NCBI GenBank assembly: GCA_043228905.1
Contig: JBHGNT010000099.1
Span: 27,368-91,367, forward strand
Reading direction: 5' to 3'
Length of the DNA stretch: 64,000 bases
Origin: Azolla caroliniana
Lineage: Eukaryota > Plantae > Polypodiophyta
The notes under the pieces were generated by a model that had not been told where the DNA came from, did no database searches, and was given only the letters and a program-made list of their open reading frames with translations. Position 1 is the first letter of the stretch; each line of letters starts with the position of its first letter. The position numbers were made by a program, and so were the translations under genes. Below, in pieces: positions 50,127 through 63,181 of the stretch.

Positions 50127-52299
50127 AAAATATAGTAAAACAAGTACCAAATGTTGTTGTTGAAGTCTTTGAAGAGGGGACGCATTTGAAACACACCGGG
50201 TAGAGGGAACACTTGGAGGTAGAGGTAACACGACCAGCAAAGCAGAAACCGATGTGAAGAGGATAAGGTGTGCAGACCACACTTCAGAGAACGCTTGAGA
50301 GAGAGAACGCGACTAGTAGAGGAAAGCTTGATGTAACGAGGACACAGTACAACGGTTGAGAGAGAGAATACCTCAGAGTGAGGACACGGTACAACACCTA
50401 AGTGTATTGTTGTTGCAAAGAGGACACGACAAGGAGGGAGTGGGTTTAGGGTTTGCAGGGTGAGCAGAGAATGTGGAGAAACCTGTGCACAAGTTGGAAG
50501 AGAGAGAGAGAGAGGGAGGGAGGGAAGGAGGGAGCGGGTACAAATGTAGTGAACAAATGAGTAGAAGTGGGAAGGAAAGAGTGCGAGAGAGAGGAGGTAC
50601 GAACCTAAGGAATTACCAAGTGTAAAGAGAGAGAGAGAGAGAGAGAGAGACTAACTAACTAACTAACTGACAGTTCGAGATAAACCTATTATTTTCCATG
50701 AGAGACGGAGTGAGAGAAAGATAGGTTGATTATCTTCATGATTGACTAACGACTCAAGATCTTATATAGTTACGACCTCCTTACAACATTACCTTGAATT
50801 TTAACACAATTGATGTTTATTCATATTTGAAATCTATTTTCATTGAATGTGACTTTTAATTTCAAAACAAGTGATCAACTTTTTAAACCCAAATATTGGA
50901 TTTACTTTTACATTTTAAAGTTTTTCCTCCACATGGAATTAGTACTACAGTTTTGGCCAAAAGTTGGTACACTGTAGTGTGCTTTCACCCAGTATCGACT
51001 CCTAGCTTTTATCAAGGTTGAGCATGATATGTGTGATCCAAGCATACACAATACAAAGATTCATATTTTTAATGTATGTGGCCATATTAATGTTGAGATC
51101 TATAATCTCCAACTTAAAAAATGTGACTAGTATATGTTATTTGCCTTGATCTGACACTAGAACTATGAATAACTTTAATTAAATCACAAAACCATGACCT
51201 TAAACAAAAAAGAAGCAGGGAAAATCATTTTTATGGCATGGCCTCTTGAAATGAATCTTTATATTGTGTGTATGTGTGTGTTTCGATCACATACATTCTT
51301 GACAATTAGAAGTCAATACTATCAAGATAGTGGTAGGCTCAAAAACATGTCTATACACAAAGCCATACACACACCACCAAGTCCCATTATCTCAAATAGC
51401 CTTAGTTATTATGATGTGGAGCCATATGTGGTCCTTATGCAATCAATATGATGCACCAACATGAATGTAATACGAAGCCCTAGATAGACATACTAGCATT
51501 TGGGGCTATAATTGTTGTTTTTGCGAGTATTATTCAATGTGTCCATTGCTAACACAAATAGAAAAGATTATTAGGGGTGTTTAATAATCTAAAACCATTA
51601 AGATGTTGAAGTGGCATAAGAACATTTAAGTATTAAGATAGATGTTAATAACATTATTGTAAACAATGGAATGAGCTTTTAATTAAAAACTAGATGTTGC
51701 TTTTATAACATACATGCTAACTAGCTTTTGTTGGGTGTAGAGTTTGAAGTTTTCATTATTAAATTGAAGCTTCTACGATAAGTGGTGTTTGAAGCAATTG
51801 GGCCTACAAGGCTACATGTAGTTGGTGCATGCATTTCATATAGATTGATGTTAAAGAATAACTTTAGTTACTTTCTAGCACCACTAACCATTGGTGTACA
51901 AATAGATTCCTATAGTTCCTTTGATTTTTTGCATCTCATTCTAAATTTATAATATCTCTAATTAAATCATGCATCATATAGTTTCTAGCAACATGAACAT
52001 TGAACCATCATGTGATGATGTCAGCACGTGATAGTGTTGAATTACTGAAAAAATTGCTGCATTGAAAATAACGGTGAGAAAATTAAAATAATATTTGTGC
52101 ATATGTATGTATATGTATAAATAATTTGAAGCTACTTTAATGGTAATTGTAATAATGAGTAAACACTTAAGAAGATAACCTTTCTTAAAGATGGTTACAC
52201 CACACAATGTATTATTATTCTTTATACCTCTCCATTAGAATATATATACCCATAATCTCTATTACAGTGAAGAACGTCCAAACGCCTCAATTGTGTGTA

Positions 52300-52860
52300 C
52301 AACGGAAAGGATTGTGCATTGAATAACAAACTATTGTTGATGAGGAACAACAAGGGGAATGGTTGTGCAACCTCGGGCAAATCATGAAGACCAAATTAAT
52401 GGAATGTTGAAATGAGGGGAGCAAACTCCTCACAAGGGAATTCTCACAGCTCTTGGAATTCTTGAGATGCTCAAGAGATGAGGACCACTCCGTGTGACGA
52501 TGGAAAATTCAAAATTAGGGATGAACACCATCTAGACCATGACGGATGAATCGTCTAACGTGTGATGCACATTGAACCAACACTCTTTTCAACGGTTGTA
52601 GGGTGAAGATGGTGGTCCTACTTGAAATTTTGCACATCAATACCTTGTTAAAAACCACACACCATAGCTTGTGTCTTTTCATGTATGAGATATTAGGCTA
52701 TCTTCATTGCACATCGGTGATTGACTAAATAAAAATCGTTTGACATTTGGGTCAATGTAAAATTGATAACCCTTGTAGCCATGGTAGCCATGAGGTTTTC
52801 CATACCCAACAAATATGGTGCAATTCTTGTGATTATGTAATTTACACAAAGGGAAGAACG
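52300..52860 (-). mobile_element. Highly decayed Copia pol relic upstream of FRO copy 2
   Basis: CTIFVGYG...KGYQFYIDP resembles the integrase C-terminal KCIFVGY..KGY..YDP motif. Confidence 0.5.
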
Positions 52861-53312
52861 TGTAAGGGTCGACCCGGCCGGCGCGCGGCACACAAACGAA
52901 TTTATAGACATATTTTGTTGAATCTATTTTTCGTGCTTAGCATTGTCTTTATGCGGACATGAGAGGTCCTTCGCAAATACCAGTTGACTTAACACATTAG
53001 TACAACCCATGCGGTACCAGTGTTGTACTACTACCTAGTGGGTAGCTGTTCTCTAGAGTCAACCCAACCATATCATGCAAGTATATATATATATATAACA
53101 CTCCACTTTGTCCTTAACAGGATCTGTGTGGTTTAAGGCTTGTCTGGTCGCGCATCATTACCCTCCTCATTCTTCTCCCTAATGATCAACAACATTGCCT
53201 TACATAGAATCGATTGAGTTTCGCACATCTTTCGGCACTTAACTTCTCGATTAATCCGCGATGAGTATGTTGGAGAAGTAGCAGCAGTTGTTGTTGTTTG
53301 TGCCTCCTATGG

Positions 53313-54150
53313 ATGAATTTTGGCCTCCTTGCCTTGTGGCTACCGAGTTTGATATTCCGAGGCATTAACGCAAGGATTGATGCAGGTAAGGAGGCTGCGG
53401 CGGTCGTCCATGGCCTAGATGAGGATGATGAGAGATTGATGGGGGCAATTCGGCGGGCGAAGGTGGCAAAAGCGGTCACGGAAGCGGTAATCGTGGCCAC
53501 GTGCGTGTTTTGGGTATTATGGTGGTTCGTCGCGCCCGATCCAGAAGGAGACAAGAAATACGTGGAGTCGTGGATTGGCGACAAATCCCACTCTCGCTTC
53601 TTTCGGACCGACGGTCGCGAAGGTAACTAATATAATATAATTAGTGATCACATAATGCATATATATGTGTATGCATATATATGGTTTGTCAAGTGATCAG
53701 CTCCCTCCTACTTAAAACTGATATATATATCTATGGCATCCATCCATTAGGTTCGACATTCATATACCAAACCATGCCTTTCTTCGTCGTCACCATTCTG
53801 AGCTTCGTCGTGATCCGGCTCCGCGCATTCATCAAAGCAAAGACTGCACAGCTCCGTGTTGTGGTGCCCGCGGGTGCAAACGGCTGGAAAAACCAATGGC
53901 AGATGAGTACGTACCCGGTGTGGGTGGACAAGAGCCCCTTCGGCATCCTCACGGCCTCGGAGCTTCTCGGAATTCTGGCCATAACTTTGTTGATGATCTA
54001 CCACTTCAGCAGAATCGTCAACATTGCTTTCACCCGCATCGACAACAACACCCAGCACCACCACGGCTCCGGCCCGCCCCCCGCCAAGTACGTCCTACTA
54101 CGATCATGACATAACCATATCTCTCTCTCTCTCTCTCTCTCTCTCCAACA

Positions 54151-54186
<36 letters not shown>

Positions 54187-57100
54187 CATGCTTTGAACAC
54201 CATCGCCAAGCTCACATTGTTTGTTAAATTCCCAAGAGTGTACATAATAAGCACTCATGTTTTCCATTGATATTGCAGGCCATGGCAGAAATTGAATAAC
54301 GTATCCTTCTACTTCGGACGCGTGGCCGTCGTGCCATTCTCGTTGCTCTGGATCCCCGTGTCGCGTGGCTCGCCGTTTCTTCGGCTCGTAGGCATCCCAT
54401 TCGAGCGCGCCGTGCGCTACCACATCTGGCTCGCCGTCTCCATGCTTGTTCTCGTCAGCCTCCATAGCCTCGGCTACATCATTCTCTATGCCAACACCAA
54501 CCGTACGCACTTGGTAGGTTCAAATCATGCAGTATTTCGCGCTCACTGTCTCGCCCAATATTACCGTAATGTCCCAAGGGCCAACCTATGATGTCCCAAG
54601 GGCCAACCTATGCTAGGGCTCATGTGGTTTCTCCATCATGATGCATTCATTGTACTTGAGTGTGTTTGATCATATCTTGATAGGGACATAATTTGTTTTT
54701 CGCTTCTTGTTGTTAGATCTTTGGGTGGGTCACGAAGCAAGAAAACTGTGCGGTAGTGGCCGGGCTGGTGGCATGGGTGTTCGGTCTAGTCATGTGGGCC
54801 ACTTCCCTCTCCTTCGTGCGTCGCCGCTTCTACGACATATTCTTCTCGGTCCACCACCTGTATCTCCTCTTCTCCCTCTTTTGGCTGTATCACGCGGTCT
54901 GGAATTATCATTTCTTCATCGTCCCTCTCATGCTCTTCTTCATCGATCGCTTCCTTCGCATGATCCAATCGTCCAGTGTTGTCCGCGTATCCTCGGCCAA
55001 GCTCCTCCAGAATGGCACAGTCGAGCTCTTGCTGCCTCTTAACACCAATGCCACCAAAGGTAACATAAATGGATTCTCTTTCATGTATGTGTGCTTGTTC
55101 GGATCCACATATTAATTAATATTCCAGAATCTCTCTGACTAAATTCAGTCAGTGAGCTCTTCTAACCTTTACTAATAACAGGCAATAATGTGATCATTAC
55201 TTATGTCAGGGACCCCACTCTATAATGCACTCTCCACATGGTGCATCCAGATTCCTGGTATCTCCAAACTACAGTGGCACTTCTTCAGTGGCGCATCGTC
55301 CCCTCTCGATAACACGCAGGAGCTCTCCATCGTAATCAAGCCTCTCGGCGAATGGACGAATAGTTTGCACGATCAATTGTGGGGTTCCTGGGCTTTCTCG
55401 TTTAAGGCTAGAGTCGAAGGTCCTTATGGCGATGAGTCCGATTTCTACCTAAAGTATGGGGATCTCTCTAATTATTTGTCGTAATTCCTGTTCTCGATTC
55501 CGTTCCCAAAGCTCATGTCTGTCGTTCCTCATTGATATAACTAGCCTTCACATTAATGAGTTGCTTCCATTACTTAATGTAATGTATATGATTAATATTT
55601 CGCAGGTATAAAACCCTAGTCATCGTGGCCGGGGGCATAGGCCTCACCCCTGCCCTCGCTATAATCCGCGATATCTTGTATCGATACAAAGACGTTAGAT
55701 CCTCACCGGCATCGACTACTCTTCCGACCTCCATCACACTCTACCACTGCATAAGAAAGCCAGAGGAGTTATGTGTGCTAAATACCCTATATCCTAACCA
55801 AATTCTCCCTGGCTATGAGACATTAGGACTGCGCATCCGAGTACATGTATACATAACCTCGAAGAACATACAAGATTATGAGAGAGTGCCACTACCCGGT
55901 GGCAACACGGCTCATAATTCATATAGAATAGGCGAATCCTTGGACCTATCCAAGTTTAACCGTGAACACCCTACATCACAACCATTGATATTTGATTCCT
56001 CTTATCCGGCGGCACAACACCCACAATCCGATGGAAGAATCTCGAGCATTGGCAGCACAGGGAGCACCTCATGGGTAGCATTAACCACCATTGCATCCTT
56101 TGCAGGATACTTTGTGCTTTCAGGCTTGGCAAACACTTTTATTGTGAGGTCCTATGCCCATCACACCTTCACCAATTACAATCGCGCGCATGTCGTGGTG
56201 GCGTGCATGATCTTGGGGATTCTCATTTGTGGCGGCCTCGTGGTTCTGCTATGGTTCCATATGTTGCGACGACAATCGAGTATAAGCTCGGCATCGGTGC
56301 AGCCGAGGAAACAGAGTCCGACTTCTTCTCCATCCGGAAGTAACGAAGATTTGGGAGCAACTTACAACGGAATCGAAGATGGCGCATCTCAGTGGGATGG
56401 GGATGTCCACATTTTGTCACGGCCAAACTGGAAAGGTAGGTTGGCATCATAGGGTCCACATCTAACCCTAAACCCTAAACCCTAAACTTTTTATTACGGC
56501 AAAAAAGTTTTAAAGGTTAAAAACGTTAAAGAAAAAACATAAGCATTCGTTACGCCAAGAAAGTTAAGTATGTTTTCATAACATAAGCATTTGTGAATAT
56601 ATGTGGTATCTTCTTTAACCTGGGAAGAGTAGTAGTAGTACATATACAAGTTTGTGAATATATGAGTACAGGTAGATTACCCCAATTCTGAAATTTTAAT
56701 CCCTTCTATTCAAGCTGCAGTCACTATATACGAATATATAGTACTATTTGTGCAGAATTTTCTAGCTCAATGATCTCATCCTCTGGCTGAATAAAGTACT
56801 AGTTAATTCAAATATCATGCCATAGCTATTTCAAACCATCTACTCAGGAATGTGCTATGTATGCTATACTGTAGTGGACTTGCGATTATATATGGCACTG
56901 AATTGATGCATGAATGAATTACCCCTGAGAATGAAGCATGTCAAGCAATGAATGTGTAGTTCTTCTAAATTTGATGGTCCAAAATATTGGCAGATGTCTT
57001 CGAGGGCTTGGTGGAGCAACACCGTGGGGAATGTGTGGGAGTTCTGGTGTCGGCACCGGAGAGCATGCAAGAGGACATTGCCAGAGAATGCAAGAGATGC

Positions 57101-57202
57101 TCGCCTTTCCGCCCCTTCTATGCCGCCCCTGACACATCCAAATCATCGGAAGGCCACAGGGGGGCCCTCCTGCACTTCCACTCTGTGAGCTTCAGCCTGT
57201 AG
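53313..57202 (+). CDS. FRO: Ferric reduction oxidase (FRO), copy 2, apparently complete. Exons about 53313 (or 53439)-53622, 53751-54087, 54279-54513, 54717-55059, 55210-55453, 55606-56435, 56994-57202
   Basis: All GT-AG junctions are phase-compatible. Both heme His pairs (RYHIWL...SLH and SVHHLY...LYH), PVSRGSP, VEGPYG and AGGIG are present. Start codon uncertain. Confidence 0.9.
54120..54183. repeat. Compound (CT)n(CA)n microsatellite in an FRO intron
   Basis: Direct reading. Confidence 0.9.
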
Positions 57203-58894
57203 TCAGATTTAGTCCTTTCCATCATCACCATTATTATGAATACTGTCTGTGTTTCTTGCACTATATACTGCTGAGCCGCCATTTCGTTGGCTGTTATGAA
57301 TGAAGATAATGATGGATTGAGTAGTAGTAGTACATAATACATGTATGTATGTATGTATGTATGTATATGGTCAGGATCAATAAGTTGCACTGTCCATATC
57401 GCACATATACCCACCCGTCGTGATTTCAATAATAATAGCCTTGATTTACCCCTTCCCAGAGATCATTAAGAATATCGGAACAATGGTTTTTCCACTGTAT
57501 TTTATACATACCATCATTACTAATTAAGAAAATTCACGTGCTGTGTACAGTTTAAGCCTGTGTCGTGAGCCATTAATTTGTGTCAGTTTCTTTTTTTCTT
57601 TTTCTTTTTGTTTGTTTGTGCTGGAACCATGTAAAGACTACAGAAATGGGCTGCAGTGCTATGCAGCAAAATTATAAAAGAAACAACATTTGCGAAATAA
57701 GATTTGTCCAAATAACGCATAGAGTATACAATTACAACGACAGAGCGTTCGAATCCGATATTAGCGATCCAGCAACCAAATCTGTATGCAAGCTCAAATA
57801 TATTCATTCCACAACTCAATATGTTACAGCATTCCACTACTTTCCAGCATACCTCCCTTCACTTTACATGTCAATTCCACAACCATACCCTAACCCTAAT
57901 GTTCTGCTCCATTGCTATGCTCACTCATAAAAACACTCAAACTAAAGTAATTAATTGCAAGGGAACGAGGATTACAGAGTGAGAGACTCGGAAGAGGAGT
58001 CTAAAATTAATTGGAAGGGAATTATCAAAAATGAGGAGAAACTCCTCCATATATAGACCAAGGGGTGGCTGGTGGAGTCCCTTAGTGTTAGGCCAAGAGA
58101 TGGCTTTTTGGGCTGCCTTGACCATTAGGCCAAGAGGTGGCTTTTAGGCTCCCCTGTGGTTGGTCACTGCGACGTTGTTGTTTTTGTGGCAAGGTCTAGG
58201 ACTGGGTATTTTCTAAGTCCCAACCCAAGGGTCGAACCCCTTCTTTGGTATTGGGACTGGGACCACCATTGGGAGTGGTTCCCTTCTTGTTTCCCAACTC
58301 CTCATGTTCATGCCAACCTCGATCCTGACGCTTGTCCCAATACGTTTTGGGGCTTGTTGAGTCCGTCTTGACTCACTTCGGAACCATGGTCTGGTTGGGA
58401 CTCTTTAGGGACACCACACTCACATGAAACTCATGTGAAACCTAATGACCATCTATATCTAAAATCTCTCTCGTATTAGAGCTACCTATATCGGCTTTGT
58501 GGTAAGTCTTTCTTTGCCCTCGTACTCTCAGTTAGTTATATACTCCACATCATACCCATGGTCACAGTTTCAAATTTTAATCTCACATTACAACTTTCTC
58601 GGAATCATAATATGTCACTTCTGTAGAACAATATGTCACATTGATGTTGTGTCAAACCAATGACCTCCCAACCTCCAAACTCTTCACTATCAATGCCTTG
58701 AACATGCAAAAAAAATAGTTACTAACCAAGGCAAAAATTATCCCAATCTTGAGTTTGCAAGGAGTGGTTCCTTTGTATACTTGGTCACACATTCATCCTC
58801 GACAACCGTAATATGTTCAAATTCCCTTGGTCCAGTTGTCTTAGCATGAACACTAGCCTCAAAGCATTGAAATAAGTCTTCAACACATGCCAAC

Positions 58895-59173
58895 ACTTAC
58901 ATGACTTGGCCGCTCATTCACACTTGAAATCTATCCTTGGTTTACATGCAATTCACAATGTGTGTCATGGGCAACACAACACCACTCGGTCTTTTGTGGT
59001 TTTCATGAAGCCATTTGTTAATAATTAGGTAATTAACCTACAATCAACTATTGCTTGAACGCTTACATGACTTGGCGACTCATTTGCATTTGAAATCTAT
59101 CCTTGGTTTACATGGAATTCACGATGTGTGTAATGGGCGACACAACACTGCTCGGTCTTTTGTGGTTTTCATG
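58895..59173. repeat. Direct repeat of about 113 bp at 166-bp spacing
   Basis: cttacatgacttggc...cttttgtggttttcatg at about 58896 and 59062. Confidence 0.8.
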
Positions 59174-59748
59174 GAAAGAATTTGGCTCACATGCACTCCT
59201 ACAGTTGACTATTGCAATCATAGCATGCCATTGTCGCTTGTGCGTGGAAGAGCTAGTGCTCTATTGTTCGCGTGTTGTGAAACAAGGAAGAAGCCAACAA
59301 GAAGAGAAGAAGAAACCACTATCACACTAAAAGAATTGCACGAATCAACAAATGGGTAGCTTTCTTCAAGGATAGAAGTTTCCATACCACAACACTTTTG
59401 CATCATGGATATACAAGATCCATCGATACCTTTTGGGGCAAGGATATTGGGGATATACTGAAGGTGATCGTCAAAACATGTTTGCCATTATCAATACATA
59501 TAATTGTGAATGGAAGCAAGGAGTGATCCATCTAATGCGTTGCCTTGCTAGACCATATGCTTGGGAGCCACATAATGTATACTAGACCATATGCTACATC
59601 ATATGGTCTAGTGAGCCATGTAAAGTATACTATGACCATATGATTGGCTATGTCACAGATGTGAAGATAATAAAACGGGGCATGGAAGAACCTCACGAAA
59701 CATTTTATCCATCGACACAATCACACAAAAACTTCAACTCTAACCAGA

Positions 59749-60012
59749 ACTAATTAAGAAAATTCACGTGCTGTGTACAGTTTAAGCCTGTGTCGTGAGC
59801 CATTAAGTTGTGTCAGTTGTGCTGGAACCATGTAAAGACTACAGAAATGGGCTGCAGTGCTATGCAACAAAATTATAAAAGAAACAACATTTGCGAAATA
59901 CAATTTGTTCAAATAACGCACAGAGTATACAATTACAACGACAGAGCATTCGAATCCGATATTAGCGATCCAGCAAGCAAATCTGTATGCAAGCTCAAAT
60001 ATACTCATTCCA
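59749..60012 (+). repeat. Third copy of the FRO 3' flank (matches about 57520-57810 and 2963-3137)
   Basis: ctaattaagaaaattcacgtg...ttcattccac shared, lacking the poly-T tract. Confidence 0.88.
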
Positions 60013-60161
60013 CTCTTGATTACATCAATTAATCCAACTTGCTTGCAACAAATAATGTGCTTAGAATGTTGAAGAGGTTTCGTTAGAAAATTAGCCCACA
60101 TTTGATGAGAGGGAGTAAACTTTAACTCTATCTTCTTTGTTTCAATGAGATCACGAAGAAA

Positions 60162-61595
60162 ATGATTCGGTATTTGAAGGGCACTTCAAATATGTGTCTC
60201 CGATTCGGCTCCGGAAAACCTCAACTTGACGGTTTCACCGATTCTGACATGTCGGCTGATGTGGATACCAGCCGGTCTACATCCGGGTATGTAATGACAT
60301 ATGCAGGGGGAGCTGTTTCGTGGCAGTCGAGGCTGCAGAAGACGGTTGCATTGTCAACCACGGAGGCGGAGTACATGGCGGTTGTGGAAGCCGGCAAGGA
60401 AATATTATGGATGAAGGACTTCATCGGAGAGCTCGGTATTCGGCAAGATGAATACCGACTCTATTGTGACAGTCAAAGTGCCATCCACCTTGCTAAGAAT
60501 GCGGCCTACCATTCCCGGACGAAGCATATCTAGCGAAGGTATCACTGGATCCAGGAAAGAATAGATGACCAGGAGTTCGCGCTGACGAAGATCCACACGG
60601 CCGAGAACGGGTCAGATATGCTGACCAAAGTGTTGATACCCGACAAGCTGGATGCATGCTGGAAGCGGATCAGACTAGTGAGACACCCCATGCCGGAGTG
60701 AAGGGCGAGTTTGTTGAGAGACAGGTCCCTCCGGATGGGAAGAGAGAAGAACAATGCCAATGAACAAACTCGGTCGAGGCCGAGAACCGGATGAGGAGTA
60801 CCCGGCTACGGAGAGCTGGATGGTGCAGACCCGGTGAGAACCGGATGAGGAGCACCCGGCTTCGGAGAGCCGGATGGTGCAGACCCGGTGAGAACCGGAT
60901 GAGGAGTACCCGGCTACGGAGAGCCGGATGGTGCAAACCCGGTGAGAACCAGATGAGGAGCACCCGGCTTCGGAGAGCCGGATGGTGCAGACCCGATGAG
61001 AACCGGATGAGGAGTACCCGGCTACGGAGAGCCGAATGGTGCAGACCCGGTGAGAACCGGATGAGGAGTACCCGGCTACGGAGAGCCGGATGGTGCAAAC
61101 CTGATGAGGAATGCTCACCGGATGAAGAGACATATTCGTAAATATGTTTCTGGGAGTCCATCGAGGCTATATCAGTAAATAGCCGAAAAGTCATATTAGT
61201 ATAAATATGACTTAGGGCAAACCTTTTGTTATAGTTGTTGTGGTTGTTGTTATTCTTGTCTATGCGAGACCAAAAGTGCGTAACAATGTACAGAGAGTGA
61301 GAGTGAGAGAGAAAGAGGTCGTTGCCTCTGATTGTAACCGCCGCCTGTGGCAAAGATCGTGAGCACGAGGTCGTTGCCTCCGTGAACTCACTATTGTACA
61401 TTCTAACATAGTGATAGTTTGCAGCCTGCGGGCTGCCGTGGTTTTTTTCCCTTAGTTTGGGTTTTCCACGTTAAACACCCTGTGTACATTTTCCTCTCCT
61501 TTGTGTCGTGAGTTTTCCGTTTCCCGTTTTCTGTGTATGATTCTAAGCTCGGTTGTGGCCGAGCGTTGCGTATAGGGAGCGTGCAGTTCTCGTCA
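60162..61595 (+). mobile_element. 5'-truncated Copia related to E: RNase H, PPT and 3' LTR (60712-61595)
   Basis: Protein nearly identical to E (GFTDSDMSAD...SDMLTK); LTR similar to solo LTR B. Confidence 0.9.
60782..61105 (+). repeat. Six 54-bp tandem units inside the LTR
   Basis: Unit starts at 60782, 60836, 60890, 60944, 60998 and 61052. Confidence 0.93.
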
Positions 61596-62255
61596 ATGTA
61601 TACGGTATACCCTATAGAATATTTACAACTGAAGTACATTAGTATATACTTATTTTAGAAAACTCTAAGGTGTAGGGAGCTTCCATGTTGTAATCATGTA
61701 AGAAATTATGGTTAATGCATAACCATGATTGATTGGACAGAGAGGATTATAAAAGCATAATCATTGTAAGATTACATTATCATCTCTGTTTTTTTTGAAA
61801 ACACAAAAAGGAAACTACAAAGAACTCAAGACCAAGAGACCGTGAGTATCCATATGCGCTCATTTATTATTGACTAAGAGACCATGAGGATTTACATGGA
61901 CTCATATGATTGTGCTACAAAGAAGTCTTCCAAGAGACCCTGTGCCAAAGCATGGTTATTTGACATTGTGGTCCTTTTTGCCCTCATGTATGGTGCAACC
62001 ATATGGTCCTAAAGCCTCCCCATGCACACTAGCTATCCGAGTTGAATTGGTAGCACAACCTTCCATGGTGGAGTGCCTATCACTGGTCATATTTGTAAAT
62101 AGTCCATAGTATGCGATGGAGAGATATAGAAAAAGATAGAGAAAAGAAGAGGAAGAGAAAGGAATACTTTAATACACTATTAGGAAAACAATACCATCTT
62201 CTTCGACTCCAAAAGTAACAACCCCAAAGAACTACCTTAATCTCAATGACACTAA

Positions 62256-62857
62256 TTTTATTATATCACAATGTTTGCTTTGTTATCCCAAATTTTAATA
62301 CAAGAAAGTTCTCTTTGTCAGCTTTCTTACGAATCAAACTTTGATACAATGCTCTGCCTATGATCATATTCGACCATCCTTTCCACACATTTTCGACCAA
62401 GCCCAATCCTTGCACGAATTTCTCTCACAACCACAATGTGCACTCTTGATTGTAACATTCATTGGTAGAGTTCTTGAACATCAAGAGTTGCTACTCACAT
62501 TCACACGTATCACGTGAAATGTAATATTTTTGGTCTCATAGGTCATATTATTATGTGAGGTGTTTTATTATATCACTATGTTTGCTTTGTTATCCCAAAT
62601 TTTAATACAAGAAAGATCTCTTTGTCAGCTTTCTTACGAATCAAACTTTGATACAAGGCTCTGCCTATGATCATATTCAACAATCCTTTCCACACATTTT
62701 CGACCAAGCCCAATCCTTGCACGAATTTCTCTCACAACCACAATGTGCACTCTTGATTGTAACATTCATTGGTAGAGTTCTTGAACATCGAGAGTTGCTA
62801 CTCACTTTCACACGTATCACGTGAAATGTAATAATTTTGGTCTCATAGGTCATATTT
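62256..62857. repeat. Near-perfect tandem duplication, period about 307 bp
   Basis: ttttattatatcac...ggtcatatt at 62256 and 62563. Confidence 0.9.
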
Positions 62858-62876
62858 GACCTCCAAAGACGATAAT

Positions 62877-62917
<41 letters not shown>

Positions 62918-63181
62918 CTTGAGAGAGCCTTAGAACGAAACTCATACACATCCTTCACTCTGTAATAGTTAACAGTTTCCCATATACGAAACAGTCCAAT
63001 CAAGGTAGATTAGGATCTATGCCACAAAATAGATGGTAGGATGAGGATTGTAGGAACTTACATAGCCAACTTACAATATTGCAACTAAGTGGTAGTATTA
63101 CTTTAGTACAAGCTCGCAAAGAAATGCATAAGATGACACGGCGTAGAATGGGAGGCATCCCAATATTGGGAACTCTACCAT

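Larger units (their letters stand above)
22970..50979. mobile_element. Putative DNA transposon H (CACTA/EnSpm-like) with two convergent decayed genes and internal tandem repeats; host of nest 2
   Basis: Right end CACTGTAGTG at 50970-50979 (reverse complement begins CACTAC). Repeat cluster at 22975-23260. Host sequence continues across D. No left TIR or transposase recognised. Confidence 0.4.

Noticed and set aside
60782-61105. 54-bp array (and the 22975-23260 palindromes) as a CRISPR array
   Set aside because: No unique spacers and no cas genes; the array lies inside an LTR in eukaryotic DNA.
60670-61401. 243-aa and other repetitive ORFs over the LTR array
   Set aside because: A by-product of a stop-free 54-bp (18-codon) unit.
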